This document shows, one piece after another, positions 33,856 through 42,465 of a stretch of DNA of 64,000 nt. The translations under genes were made by a program, and so were the position numbers. Numbering within the stretch: the stretch's first letter is position 1; the number at the start of each line of letters is the position of its first letter. Source of the stretch: an uncultured Segetibacter sp. (GTDB lineage Bacteria; Bacteroidota; Bacteroidia; Chitinophagales; Chitinophagaceae); NCBI GenBank assembly GCA_964251885.1, contig CAXUMK010000001.1, positions 22,598 to 86,597 on the forward strand, read 5' to 3'. A model generated the notes under the pieces. That model ran no database searches. It was given only the letters and a program-made list of their open reading frames with translations, and was not told the DNA's origin.

Positions 33856-35176
33856 GATCGTTCATATCCTGCCGACTGCCTCCGGCTTTCCCGCCGTTAA
33901 TTACAATATGGACAAGGTTGACCGGAATAAAGGGGAACTGATGAGGGTATCCGGTTTTGGCGCTTTGCAGGGGTTACAGCAACTGCGGCCTGAAGATTAC
34001 AAAATTTATTTGCGTATGCTTTCGGCAACCAATAAGCATGTCAAACGGCCGCAGTTTCATGCCGTCATTTCCGCGAAAGGAAAAGAATTTAATAAGCATG
34101 AATTAACAGAGATCGCTGAAAAATGGCTAAGTGCAATGGGTTACGGACAACAGCCTTATCTGGTTATTTTCCACAAGGATACCAATAACAACCATGTGCA
34201 TGTCGTGACGACCCGTGTTGATCAGGCAGGTAAAAAAATCAGTGACCGTTTTGAAAAGATCAGGGCAGTGCAGCAATTGAATATCATAATGGGTATTGAC
34301 GTTAAACATAACGCAGCAAACGACATTGCTTCCGCCTTATCCTATGGGTTCGCAACCAAAGCGCAGTTTATGATGGTCCTGGAAAGCTGGGGCTATGTTT
34401 TAAGAGAGATGGACGGTAAGCTGCAGGCGTTCAAATATGGCAAGCAGCAGGGTGAAATCGATTTAAAATCTATTAGCGAAAGGATGCTGACTTACACGCC
34501 CGATAACGACAGGAGGATGCAACTAAAAGCTGTCTTTCATAAATACACGGAGATTGCTTCTACTACCCTCATTAAAGGTCGTTCCGGTTACAGTTCTGAT
34601 TTTTCTGCCTTGCTGAAAAAAAAGTTCGGGATCAACCTGCTGTTTCATGCATCAGGCGATAAGCCGCCGTACGGGTACACGGTTATCGACCATGCCGGAA
34701 AACAGGTTTATAAAGGCGGTGAAATCATACCGTTGACGGAAATGCTGGGGAAACGACATACGAAAGCAGAATTGGCAGAGGAACCTGCATTTTCAGCTGA
34801 TCTAACTAGCGTTCCACAATCGGTCACTCCAGAACATGCCGCTTATTATGCTGCCTTGTTGAAGGCCGCCTTGCATAACTATCAGGAATTGGTTCAGGGC
34901 CTGCAGCACCAGGGCCTAATGATTTGCCGGAACGGCGAAAGTTTTAACCTGGTTGACCCCAGTACAGGTATATCCATTAATATAGAAGGATTACTCAATG
35001 GAAAAGACTACGCAGCAGTAGTCGAAAACTTCAGCCAGTTAAAGGAGACTGGCGAGGAGCTATACCGGCAGCCCCGTCCAGTCCATGGAGTTGACCTGGC
35101 TTCAGATATTGACGACGAAGCTATACATGGCCGCAACCGAAGACGAAAGAAAAAAGCCCGGACAAATTCACGCTAA
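33854..35176 (+). CDS. Relaxase/mobilisation nuclease (MobA/VirD2 superfamily)
   Basis: Histidine triad HKDTNNNHVHVV (HxDxxxxHxH), preceded by FHAVISAKG. 440 aa with a basic C-terminal tail. Confidence 0.88.
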   Translation: MIVHILPTASGFPAVNYNMDKVDRNKGELMRVSGFGALQGLQQLRPEDYKIYLRMLSATNKHVKRPQFHAVISAKGKEFNKHELTEIAEKWLSAMGYGQQPYLVIFHKDTNNNHVHVVTTRVDQAGKKISDRFEKIRAVQQLNIIMGIDVKHNAANDIASALSYGFATKAQFMMVLESWGYVLREMDGKLQAFKYGKQQGEIDLKSISERMLTYTPDNDRRMQLKAVFHKYTEIASTTLIKGRSGYSSDFSALLKKKFGINLLFHASGDKPPYGYTVIDHAGKQVYKGGEIIPLTEMLGKRHTKAELAEEPAFSADLTSVPQSVTPEHAAYYAALLKAALHNYQELVQGLQHQGLMICRNGESFNLVDPSTGISINIEGLLNGKDYAAVVENFSQLKETGEELYRQPRPVHGVDLASDIDDEAIHGRNRRRKKKARTNSR

Positions 35177-35191
35177 TAAACTCATTTATCT

Positions 35192-35821
35192 ATGGTCATT
35201 ATTATCGGCAACCAAAAAGGCGGGGCAGGCAAAAGCACGCTTACCGTCCTGCTTGCCAACTACCTCTCGGCTACCAAAGGCTGTACTGTAACGGTGCTGG
35301 ACATGGACTACCAGCAATCCATTTCGCAAAAGTTTGAAAAAGCGAAAATACTCGAAAACGAAGAGCATTACCAGGTGCTGGCTTTTAGCCTACACGATTT
35401 TCCGCAAATGGAAGGCACCATCCTACGGAACCCCAAAGAGCTTGTATTGATCGACCTCCCCGGAAAGCTGGATGATGATGGCCTGATCCGAGTCTTCAAA
35501 GCCGCTGAAATTGCCATTTGCCCCTTTTCCTACGATGAGTTCAGCTTTGAATCAACCGTTCCGTTCGCTTTAGTGCTTAAAAAGATCAACCCTGACGTTC
35601 AGGTGCTGTTCGTGCCCAACCGAATCAAGGCAAATGTAAGGTATGAGATCAAAGAAGAAGTAAACGAGCAGCTCAACCAGATCGGCATGGTAACAGCTGC
35701 CATTAGTGACCGTATCGATTTCCAGCGCATCGATACCTTTCAGACACCCGTTGCTGTACAGGCGGTCATTGTACCTGTATTTGAACAAATATACCGCGAA
35801 CACATTGAACCCAACTTATGA
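35192..35821 (+). CDS. ParA-family ATPase (TraA-like of conjugative transposons)
   Basis: Deviant Walker A IIGNQKGGAGKSTL. Further motifs LDMDYQQS and LIDLPG. Confidence 0.88.
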   Translation: MVIIIGNQKGGAGKSTLTVLLANYLSATKGCTVTVLDMDYQQSISQKFEKAKILENEEHYQVLAFSLHDFPQMEGTILRNPKELVLIDLPGKLDDDGLIRVFKAAEIAICPFSYDEFSFESTVPFALVLKKINPDVQVLFVPNRIKANVRYEIKEEVNEQLNQIGMVTAAISDRIDFQRIDTFQTPVAVQAVIVPVFEQIYREHIEPNL

Positions 35822-36153
35822 ACGAAATTAAAACTCTCGCCGATCAGCTCAGAAGCCGGATGGCCAAGCCGGATACGCCGGAAAAAACATTAAAGCCCGA
35901 TAAGAAGAAACCCGGCAAGCCGAAAGAAATTCCGGCGATCGTGGAGCAGTTGTGCACGCTCGATGTAAGCGCCAATAAAACAATGATCCATGCACGGGTG
36001 GATAGCCAGACGGCTCATCTGATTCATCACCTGAAGACGGCTACCGGCATCGAGGTCAGCCGACTGATCTGCTTTTCTATCCGTCACTTATTTGAGCAGC
36101 ACCCGGAACTGAAAACTATTATTAAAGAACATTTAGAAAAATTTGAATTATGA
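35818..36153 (+). CDS. Small conjugative-element protein (TraB/TraC position), paralog a
   Basis: 111 aa. The C-terminal half HARVDSQTAHLIHHLKTATGIEVSRLICFSIRHLFEQHPELKTIIKEHLEKF is paralogous to the next ORF. The genes overlap by 4 nt. Confidence 0.6.
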   Translation: MNEIKTLADQLRSRMAKPDTPEKTLKPDKKKPGKPKEIPAIVEQLCTLDVSANKTMIHARVDSQTAHLIHHLKTATGIEVSRLICFSIRHLFEQHPELKTIIKEHLEKFEL

Positions 36154-36413
36154 GCTGGAAATTTTTTCGCGACAGGCGCGACCCGCACTACGATGAGATC
36201 ATTGACCGCATCAAAGCTTACAGCAAACCCGGAGAGCGGCGCTTGGTGCATTTTCGGCTGGATAATCAGACGATATTTCTATTGAACCAGATAAAAGCGG
36301 CAACCGGTGTCAATGTACAAATGATGATGGCTTTTGCGGTTGGTGAACTTATGAAACAACATCCTGAACTAAAAACGATTGTCAAACAGTTTCTTCAAAA
36401 AAATGACATATGA
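36150..36413 (+). CDS. Small conjugative-element protein, paralog b
   Basis: HFRLDNQTIFLLNQIKAATGVNVQMMMAFAVGELMKQHPELKTIVKQFLQKN aligns with the preceding ORF. Confidence 0.6.
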   Translation: MSWKFFRDRRDPHYDEIIDRIKAYSKPGERRLVHFRLDNQTIFLLNQIKAATGVNVQMMMAFAVGELMKQHPELKTIVKQFLQKNDI

Positions 36414-36742
36414 ACTGGTCACATTTTTTAACCGTATTGGCCGGGATCTATGGTCTGTACTACATCATCATTATACTGTTCGACATGGCGACCGGTAAGC
36501 GGAACGCAGCAATAATGGAGGCGGCCCATGAGCTTACATTTTCCGAAAACATCGTACCTACAAAATTAACTGTAGAATCTGGGCCCGCAGAGATACATGA
36601 CGCATACACACGCGCAAACGAACCAACAGCCACCCAAAAAGATAATCCAGAAATGATCGGCTCGGGCGGTGTAGTCATCGACAAACTTTTCAAACTGTGC
36701 AAACAGGAAGCGGTCATTTTTACCCGCGCGGTAAGCTTTTAA
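36410..36742 (+). CDS. Small membrane protein (TraD position)
   Basis: 110 aa with an N-terminal TM segment (FLTVLAGIYGLYYIIIILF). Translationally coupled to its neighbours. Confidence 0.5.
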   Translation: MNWSHFLTVLAGIYGLYYIIIILFDMATGKRNAAIMEAAHELTFSENIVPTKLTVESGPAEIHDAYTRANEPTATQKDNPEMIGSGGVVIDKLFKLCKQEAVIFTRAVSF

Positions 36743-36747
36743 AGATT

Positions 36748-37038
36748 ATGAGATTCACAACGACATTTTGCTGCTGCCTGCTGGCATTGGGCGCAATGGC
36801 GCAGCCTGGCATATCTGAAATGCAGCAGGCACAGCAGAATTTAAGATCAACCTTCTTTTCGGCACTGGACTGTTCTCTCGTGCTGGGCACCATCTTTGGT
36901 ATTATTGGGGCCGTCCGCGTATACCATAACTGGCAGATGGGCCATCCGCGCATCGATGAGCAAGTGGCCGCCTGGTTCTTTGCCGCATTCTTTATGGTGC
37001 TGGCCGGCGTATTTTTAAAGGCAGTATTTGGCATTTAG
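36748..37038 (+). CDS. traE: TraE-like (VirB2/pilin-like) small membrane protein, copy 1
   Basis: Signal peptide MRFTTTFCCCLLALGAMAQ followed by two hydrophobic helices. ..GIIGAVRVYHNWQMGHPRIDEQV..VFLKAVFGI is paralogous to copy 2. Confidence 0.65.
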   Translation: MRFTTTFCCCLLALGAMAQPGISEMQQAQQNLRSTFFSALDCSLVLGTIFGIIGAVRVYHNWQMGHPRIDEQVAAWFFAAFFMVLAGVFLKAVFGI

Positions 37039-37066
37039 CCGATTAATGCCCATAATTACATTACCC

Positions 37067-37100
37067 AGCGGTTTCCTGATGATCAGGAGCCGCTTTTTTT
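37067..37100 (+). terminator. Hairpin plus T7 run between the two traE-like genes (internal attenuator/terminator)
   Basis: In agcggtttcctgat-gatcaggagccgct, the arms agcgg/ccgct and tcctgat/atcagga pair. It is followed by ttttttt (37094-37100). Confidence 0.5.
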
Positions 37101-37126
37101 ATTCCATAAATTTAAATATCCCTAAT

Positions 37127-37435
37127 ATGAACAAACTTAAAAAAATCTTAGCCACCGCGGTGGTCTTTGCTGTTGGCACAGCATCCTCCTTTGCCCAGAA
37201 TGGTGTAACCGGTTTAAATTCCGCAACCACTTCCCTTAAAACCTACGTAGAGCCGGTAACCAATGTTACGCTGGTGATCGGTGGAATTGTCGGCATTGTC
37301 GGTGCAATCCGCGTCTATTCCAAATGGAACTCCGGCGACCAGGACATCAATAAAGAGGTAATGGGCTGGGGGGGCAGTTGTGTTTTCCTCGTGGTTTCTG
37401 CCGTGGTGATCAAAGCTTTTTTTGGCCTAACCTAA
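37127..37435 (+). CDS. traE: TraE-like (VirB2/pilin-like) small membrane protein, copy 2
   Basis: Signal peptide MNKLKKILATAVVFAVGTASSFAQ, then ..GIVGAIRVYSKWNSGDQDINKEV..VVIKAFFGL. Confidence 0.65.
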   Translation: MNKLKKILATAVVFAVGTASSFAQNGVTGLNSATTSLKTYVEPVTNVTLVIGGIVGIVGAIRVYSKWNSGDQDINKEVMGWGGSCVFLVVSAVVIKAFFGLT

Positions 37436-37743
37436 TGGCTAAGCAATTCCAGGTATACAAAGGGCTGCAACGGCCCCTTGTATACCGCGGTTTTAAAGGC
37501 AAGTATATCTACTGGGGCGTAGGCGCCTTACTGGCAGGTCTGGTCATGGGCGCACTGATAATGGCACTGGTAAGTATGTGGCTGGGCCTCATTGTCCTGA
37601 TTGCAGGAATCGCCGGTGGGCTTGTCTTTATCGCCGGAAAGCAAAAAAAGGGGTTGCATATCAAAACCCGCCCAACAGGCATATTTATTCACCAGGTTAA
37701 CTTCAAGAAATTGCATCGCTATGGCCGTAAAACAAGTATTTAA
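37435..37743 (+). CDS. traF: TraF-like (VirB3-like) small membrane protein
   Basis: 102 aa. YRGFKGKYIYWGVGALLAGLVMGALIMALVSMWLGLIVLIAGIAGGLVFI forms a hairpin of two TM helices. TAATG overlap with traE2. It precedes the VirB4-like gene. Confidence 0.6.
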   Translation: MAKQFQVYKGLQRPLVYRGFKGKYIYWGVGALLAGLVMGALIMALVSMWLGLIVLIAGIAGGLVFIAGKQKKGLHIKTRPTGIFIHQVNFKKLHRYGRKTSI

Positions 37744-40516
37744 TATACCGTACATCGGTATAGATCATTATGCAGGCACTGATATTTTAATAGGATCCGG
37801 CGGCGAATGCTCGGTAGTGATCAGGGTCACCAACCCAGTTATACGATTTTCGGGTGCAACGGCCGCCTATGATGAGTTCCATGCGCTGATGATCAATATT
37901 GTCAAGATCATGGGGGACGGCTACCTGCTGCAAAAATCAGATGTGCTTAGTAGAGAAAGGTACCCCCTGAAAGAGAGCGGAGATTACCTGCAACAAAAAT
38001 ACAACGACCACTTTGCCGGGCGGGATTACCTCAAAGTTACTACTTACATCACCCTTACCCGCGAAGTTCGCAAGGGTGCCTTTTATGTATTTGATAAGAA
38101 CGCACTACGCGATTTCAGCCAGCAGTTGGACAAGGTGCTGGCCATCCTAATAGCGGCGAAAACAGCACCGGTAATACTCAAAGAGGCCGAGCTTAATTTG
38201 CTGGTCATGCAGTTCCTGGCCATGGACTTCAAGCCGGAAAGTATCGTACTTAATAACTTTTCGCCTAATAACATTGAGATCAGGATGGGCGACCGGGCCA
38301 TCCGTAATATCCCGCTGATCAATATAGATATTGTCGACCTACCGCCAACAGTTTCAACGCATATCGAGATGAACGAAAAGGAAACGCTGCGCGGTTTCCC
38401 GGTAGATTTTCTTTCCTTTTTGTTCCGGGTACCGGACTTTGAGGTAATTGTGTTCAACCAGGTCATTGAAATCCCTAACCAGTTCATGACGCTGAAAAAG
38501 TTGGAGCTAAAAAAGAAGCGTCATTCCGGTATACCTGACCCCGCTAATACTTTATGTGTTGAAGACATCGACCTGCTGCTAAATGATGTGGCACGCGAAA
38601 GCCAGTTACTCGTAAATTGCCACTTTAACATTGTTCTGGCAGCGCAGCAGGACAAGATCCAAAAGGCTGCGAACTTCATCGAAAGCGCACTTTTCGGTTT
38701 AGGGATCATAGCTAGCAAGAACGGCTATAACCAGTTAGAACTTTTCCGCTGTGCCCTGCCAGGCAATGCGGTGGAGCTGAAAGGTTATGATTGGTTCCTG
38801 ACCACCTGCGATGCAGCCATTTGTTTTTTTTTGAAGGAATCGATGCCACTCGATGAGCCGTCCGATTTTTTAGTACGCTTCACTGATAGACAAGGCATAC
38901 CTGTAGGCATTGATGTGGCCGACCTGCCCATGCGCACTAACCGGATAAATAACCGTAACAAATTTGTATTAGGCCCAAGCGGATCAGGAAAGTCTTTCTT
39001 TATGAACAGCCTTAGTGACCAGTACATGCGCTACAATATGGATATGGTGATCGTCGATACCGGGCATTCTTATTCAGGCCTCTGTTCCTATTACGGCGGA
39101 AAATATATTACCTATACTGATAAGAAGCCGATTACCATGAACCCTTTCCAAATCAGGGAAGACGAGTACAATATCGAAAAAAAGGACTTTCTGAGTACAC
39201 TCGTTGGATTGCTTTGGAAAGGTGCCGACGGTGTCTTCAGCCAGGTTGAACGTGACGTGATCAGCCATGTGATCAGTGCTTATTACCAGCAGTATTTCAA
39301 CAAGGAAACATTACCGCAGTTGTCTAAAAAAGAACAGTACGCCATCCGTAAAACTGTATTGGAAAATATGAAGGGCGGTACAGGGGTCATTCCCTTTGAA
39401 GGTTTCGAGATCGAGGTTTTGGATGAACAATTAGCCGACGAACTGTCAAAGGACGATCAAAGCTTGGTAGACGGGCTGCTTCACTCCGGGGATTCGCGCA
39501 AGCCGGGGGATGGCAACCCTTTCCGTGCCGCTTATGATGAGAAGTTCCACCAGGCAGTAAAGGAGGCACAACTGCGCCGCAGGAAGGCGCAGAACCACCC
39601 ACATATCGATGTATTGGATTTCAATAGTTTTTACGAATTCGCGCTTTGGAAAATTCCGGAGATCAAGCAGGAAGAACGCATACCATTTGATGTAGATGAG
39701 TTCCGCTACGTATTGAAGAAATTTTATAAAGGCGGCGAGTTCGCACCTATCCTAAATGAACCGGTCGATTCATCGCTGTTTACAGAGCGCTTTATCGTTT
39801 TTGAGATTGATGCCGTAAAGGAAAACCGGGTGCTATTTCCGATTGTGACACTTATTATTATGGATGTTTTCATCCAGAAAATGCGCTTCCGTTCATCCCG
39901 CCGAAAGGCCCTGGTCGTTGAAGAGGCCTGGAAAGCGATTGCCAGCCCTTTGATGGCAGGCTACCTATTATATCTATATAAGACCGTCAGAAAATTCTGG
40001 GGTGAGGCCATTGTGGTGACACAGGAACTGGGCGATATCATCGGCAACGCAGTTGTAAAGGACAGTATTATAAATAATTCCGATACGATCTGCTTGCTGG
40101 ATCAAACCAAGTTCAAGGACAATTACGGCGAAATAGCCGCGCTGTTGTCTATCAATGAGACCGAACGGAAGAAGATTTTTTCCATCAACCAACTTGAAAA
40201 CACGGAAGGCCGCGGCCGCTTTAAGGAAGTGTACATCCGGCGCGGTGCCATTGGTGAAGTTTATGGCGTGGAAGTATCCTTGCACCAGTATCTCACCTTC
40301 TCGACCGAAAAGCCGGAAAAATCAGCACTGGAAGTATATATCGAGTATTATGGCCGCTATCAGCGCGCGCTGGATCTATTTGTTGCTGACTTTCTACAAA
40401 GTAATTTAACGCTGGGCCAATTCGTCGGCCATATCAACCAAAATGAAAAACCATTTTCTTATGATCCCTATGAAGATAATTATAATCCTGATCCTCCTGC
40501 CCTTGCTGCTTTGTAA
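37721..40516 (+). CDS. traG: TraG-like conjugation ATPase (VirB4 family)
   Basis: Walker A VLGPSGSGKSFFMN and Walker B-like ALVVEEAWKAI. About 930 aa. Start chosen at MAVKQVFNIPYIGID (37721); the ORF-track N-terminal extension overlaps traF. Confidence 0.88.
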   Translation: MAVKQVFNIPYIGIDHYAGTDILIGSGGECSVVIRVTNPVIRFSGATAAYDEFHALMINIVKIMGDGYLLQKSDVLSRERYPLKESGDYLQQKYNDHFAGRDYLKVTTYITLTREVRKGAFYVFDKNALRDFSQQLDKVLAILIAAKTAPVILKEAELNLLVMQFLAMDFKPESIVLNNFSPNNIEIRMGDRAIRNIPLINIDIVDLPPTVSTHIEMNEKETLRGFPVDFLSFLFRVPDFEVIVFNQVIEIPNQFMTLKKLELKKKRHSGIPDPANTLCVEDIDLLLNDVARESQLLVNCHFNIVLAAQQDKIQKAANFIESALFGLGIIASKNGYNQLELFRCALPGNAVELKGYDWFLTTCDAAICFFLKESMPLDEPSDFLVRFTDRQGIPVGIDVADLPMRTNRINNRNKFVLGPSGSGKSFFMNSLSDQYMRYNMDMVIVDTGHSYSGLCSYYGGKYITYTDKKPITMNPFQIREDEYNIEKKDFLSTLVGLLWKGADGVFSQVERDVISHVISAYYQQYFNKETLPQLSKKEQYAIRKTVLENMKGGTGVIPFEGFEIEVLDEQLADELSKDDQSLVDGLLHSGDSRKPGDGNPFRAAYDEKFHQAVKEAQLRRRKAQNHPHIDVLDFNSFYEFALWKIPEIKQEERIPFDVDEFRYVLKKFYKGGEFAPILNEPVDSSLFTERFIVFEIDAVKENRVLFPIVTLIIMDVFIQKMRFRSSRRKALVVEEAWKAIASPLMAGYLLYLYKTVRKFWGEAIVVTQELGDIIGNAVVKDSIINNSDTICLLDQTKFKDNYGEIAALLSINETERKKIFSINQLENTEGRGRFKEVYIRRGAIGEVYGVEVSLHQYLTFSTEKPEKSALEVYIEYYGRYQRALDLFVADFLQSNLTLGQFVGHINQNEKPFSYDPYEDNYNPDPPALAAL

Positions 40517-41135
40517 AGCGGTATTCGGCCAGGAAATCGTTGTGGACCCGGCGACATCGGCAGCCATTGCGGTCAACAGCTCGGTGATAAACGGCCAGTT
40601 AAATACCACCAATAACAATCTCAACCTCATACAGAAAGGCCAGCTGGCCGTTACCGGGCAACTGGTCATTGTTAACGACCTGCAAAATAAAATATACACC
40701 GGACTTAGCCAGGTTGCATCAGTCATCAGCAACCTCACTTCTATTAAAGAAATAGCCAGTTGCGGCACCGATATTATAAATGATGTCGGCCAGGCGGTCA
40801 CCATTGCCAAATCAAACCCGGTGTTACTCTTATTTGCCGAAAAAGGCGCAAGAGAATTTCAAACGCGGGCAGTAACGCTATCGGCAGACGTCAATGCCTT
40901 TGTATTAAAGGGTGGAAATAATCTGATGGATGCCGGTGAACGCGGCAAACTGCTGAACCATATCGAGAGCGAGATGCAAATCCTGCGGGGCATTGCCTAT
41001 GGTATGGGCCGTGCGATGTACTGGGCCAGGATACGCGGGATCTGGGCTTCGCTCAACCCCTGGGAAGAATGGAAAAACATGGACGTGCAAATTGCCAATG
41101 ATGTAATCAATAATGCTAAATACTTAAAGCAATGA
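40470..41135 (+). CDS. Secreted TraI-position protein, tandem paralog 1 (C-terminus ..NNAKYLKQ)
   Basis: Signal peptide MKIIIILILLPLLLCKAVFGQ, then EIVVDPATSAAIAVNSS.. and a C-terminal RAMYWARIRGIWASLNPWEEWKNMDVQIANDVINNAKYLKQ. An alternative start lies at 40443. Confidence 0.6.
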   Translation: MKIIIILILLPLLLCKAVFGQEIVVDPATSAAIAVNSSVINGQLNTTNNNLNLIQKGQLAVTGQLVIVNDLQNKIYTGLSQVASVISNLTSIKEIASCGTDIINDVGQAVTIAKSNPVLLLFAEKGAREFQTRAVTLSADVNAFVLKGGNNLMDAGERGKLLNHIESEMQILRGIAYGMGRAMYWARIRGIWASLNPWEEWKNMDVQIANDVINNAKYLKQ

Positions 41136-41800
41136 AAAAAATTAGTCTAACGCTGCTTTTTGCTTTCAGCTTTTTGCTTTCGGCTTTTTCACAGCAAAGC
41201 ACCCTCGACATTGAAGCCATGCATCAGCTGATCGACCAGTCCAAATCCGAGCATACCCAACAGGTTAACGCCCGGAACAACCAGGCAACCATCACGGCTA
41301 ATGAACAAGCGAACCTGACACTTCTTACTAAAATGAAGGACTTATACCGAACCTTACAACAGCGCTACAATACGCTGGGCATAGCGATCAATATTGCCGA
41401 CATCGGTATTTACGCCACACCGGAAATAAGGCAGATCGTGCGGTACCAAGCCCAGATTATAAGCATGGTCGAGAAAAATCCGGCTATCGCATTTTTAGGT
41501 TACCAGACGGAGTTAGAATTTGTTGAAAAAGCGCAAGTGTTAATAGGTTACGTAACCGGGCTTACCCTATCGCTGGGCGATGTGAACCAGATGAAGGCTT
41601 CAGACCGCAAGCTACTATTTGATTATGTGCTCATGCAGCTTTCAGAGATACAGGAACTGTCAGGCAAACTCGTCAACACGCTTGCCTATTCCAATTTATC
41701 CTCGCTGCTGCATTCGATCAACCCCTTTCAGAATTATATAGACCAGGATAAAAGCGCTGCAGAAAGCATTATCCAAAACGCCAAATACCTCAAACAATGA
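41132..41800 (+). CDS. Secreted TraI-position protein, tandem paralog 2 (..QNAKYLKQ)
   Basis: Signal peptide ..LLSAFSQ. The C-terminus is INPFQNYIDQDKSAAESIIQNAKYLKQ. ATGA overlap on both sides. Confidence 0.6.
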   Translation: MKKISLTLLFAFSFLLSAFSQQSTLDIEAMHQLIDQSKSEHTQQVNARNNQATITANEQANLTLLTKMKDLYRTLQQRYNTLGIAINIADIGIYATPEIRQIVRYQAQIISMVEKNPAIAFLGYQTELEFVEKAQVLIGYVTGLTLSLGDVNQMKASDRKLLFDYVLMQLSEIQELSGKLVNTLAYSNLSSLLHSINPFQNYIDQDKSAAESIIQNAKYLKQ

Positions 41801-42465
41801 AAAACAGGTTCCTTTTCTTGCTTTCAGCCTTTTGCTTTACGCTTTCAGCTTATGGGCAGCAATACGTTTTTGACCCAAAATACTTTGCCTCCGTTGAAGC
41901 TAACCAGGCCGTGCGCAGCAGCGCCGAGGAAACACATAACCAATATTTGGGAAAGATCAATAACAATATTGAAGACTTGAACACCAACATTGGTTCAGTA
42001 GTATTAGCCCAGACGATTATTTACAATGGACTATCCAACGTAAATTCCGCGCTGAAGGATGGGTTGGAGGTCAAATACATGGCGACCATTACGGCTGACA
42101 TGATGGATTATCTCAACCAGTCATTGGCACTTGGAAAATCCGATCCGTACCTGCTTCTGTTTGCTTCCAACATAGCCAATGAGATGAAGACAAGGTCGGT
42201 TGCGCTGGTCAGCGAAGTTTCAAATTACATTTTAAAGTCGGGCGGGAATGTGCTTGCTGACTACAACGGCCGCGACCAGCTGCTAAAAAAAGTAACGACC
42301 GCACTGCAAATTTTGGATGGGCTGGCCTACGGTACATGGCGTGCGATGTATTGGGCGAGGGAACGACGCATAGTCGCCGCTGTTAACCCCTGGCAAAACT
42401 ATATCAACAAGGACAAATACTTCGTCCAGCAAATTATTAACAACGCAAAATACTTACAACAATGA
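41797..42465 (+). CDS. Secreted TraI-position protein, tandem paralog 3 (..NNAKYLQQ)
   Basis: Signal peptide ..FTLSAYGQ, then QYVFDPKYFASVEAN.. and a C-terminal RAMYWARERRIVAAVNPWQNYINKDKYFVQQIINNAKYLQQ. Confidence 0.6.
   Translation: MKNRFLFLLSAFCFTLSAYGQQYVFDPKYFASVEANQAVRSSAEETHNQYLGKINNNIEDLNTNIGSVVLAQTIIYNGLSNVNSALKDGLEVKYMATITADMMDYLNQSLALGKSDPYLLLFASNIANEMKTRSVALVSEVSNYILKSGGNVLADYNGRDQLLKKVTTALQILDGLAYGTWRAMYWARERRIVAAVNPWQNYINKDKYFVQQIINNAKYLQQ

Noticed and set aside
38083-40810. Minus-strand ORFs inside or at the end of traG (38083-38487, 38785-39027, 39974-40285, 40406-40810)
   Set aside because: They are antisense to a gene with clear VirB4 motifs. They have no motifs of their own and a composition typical of shadow ORFs.
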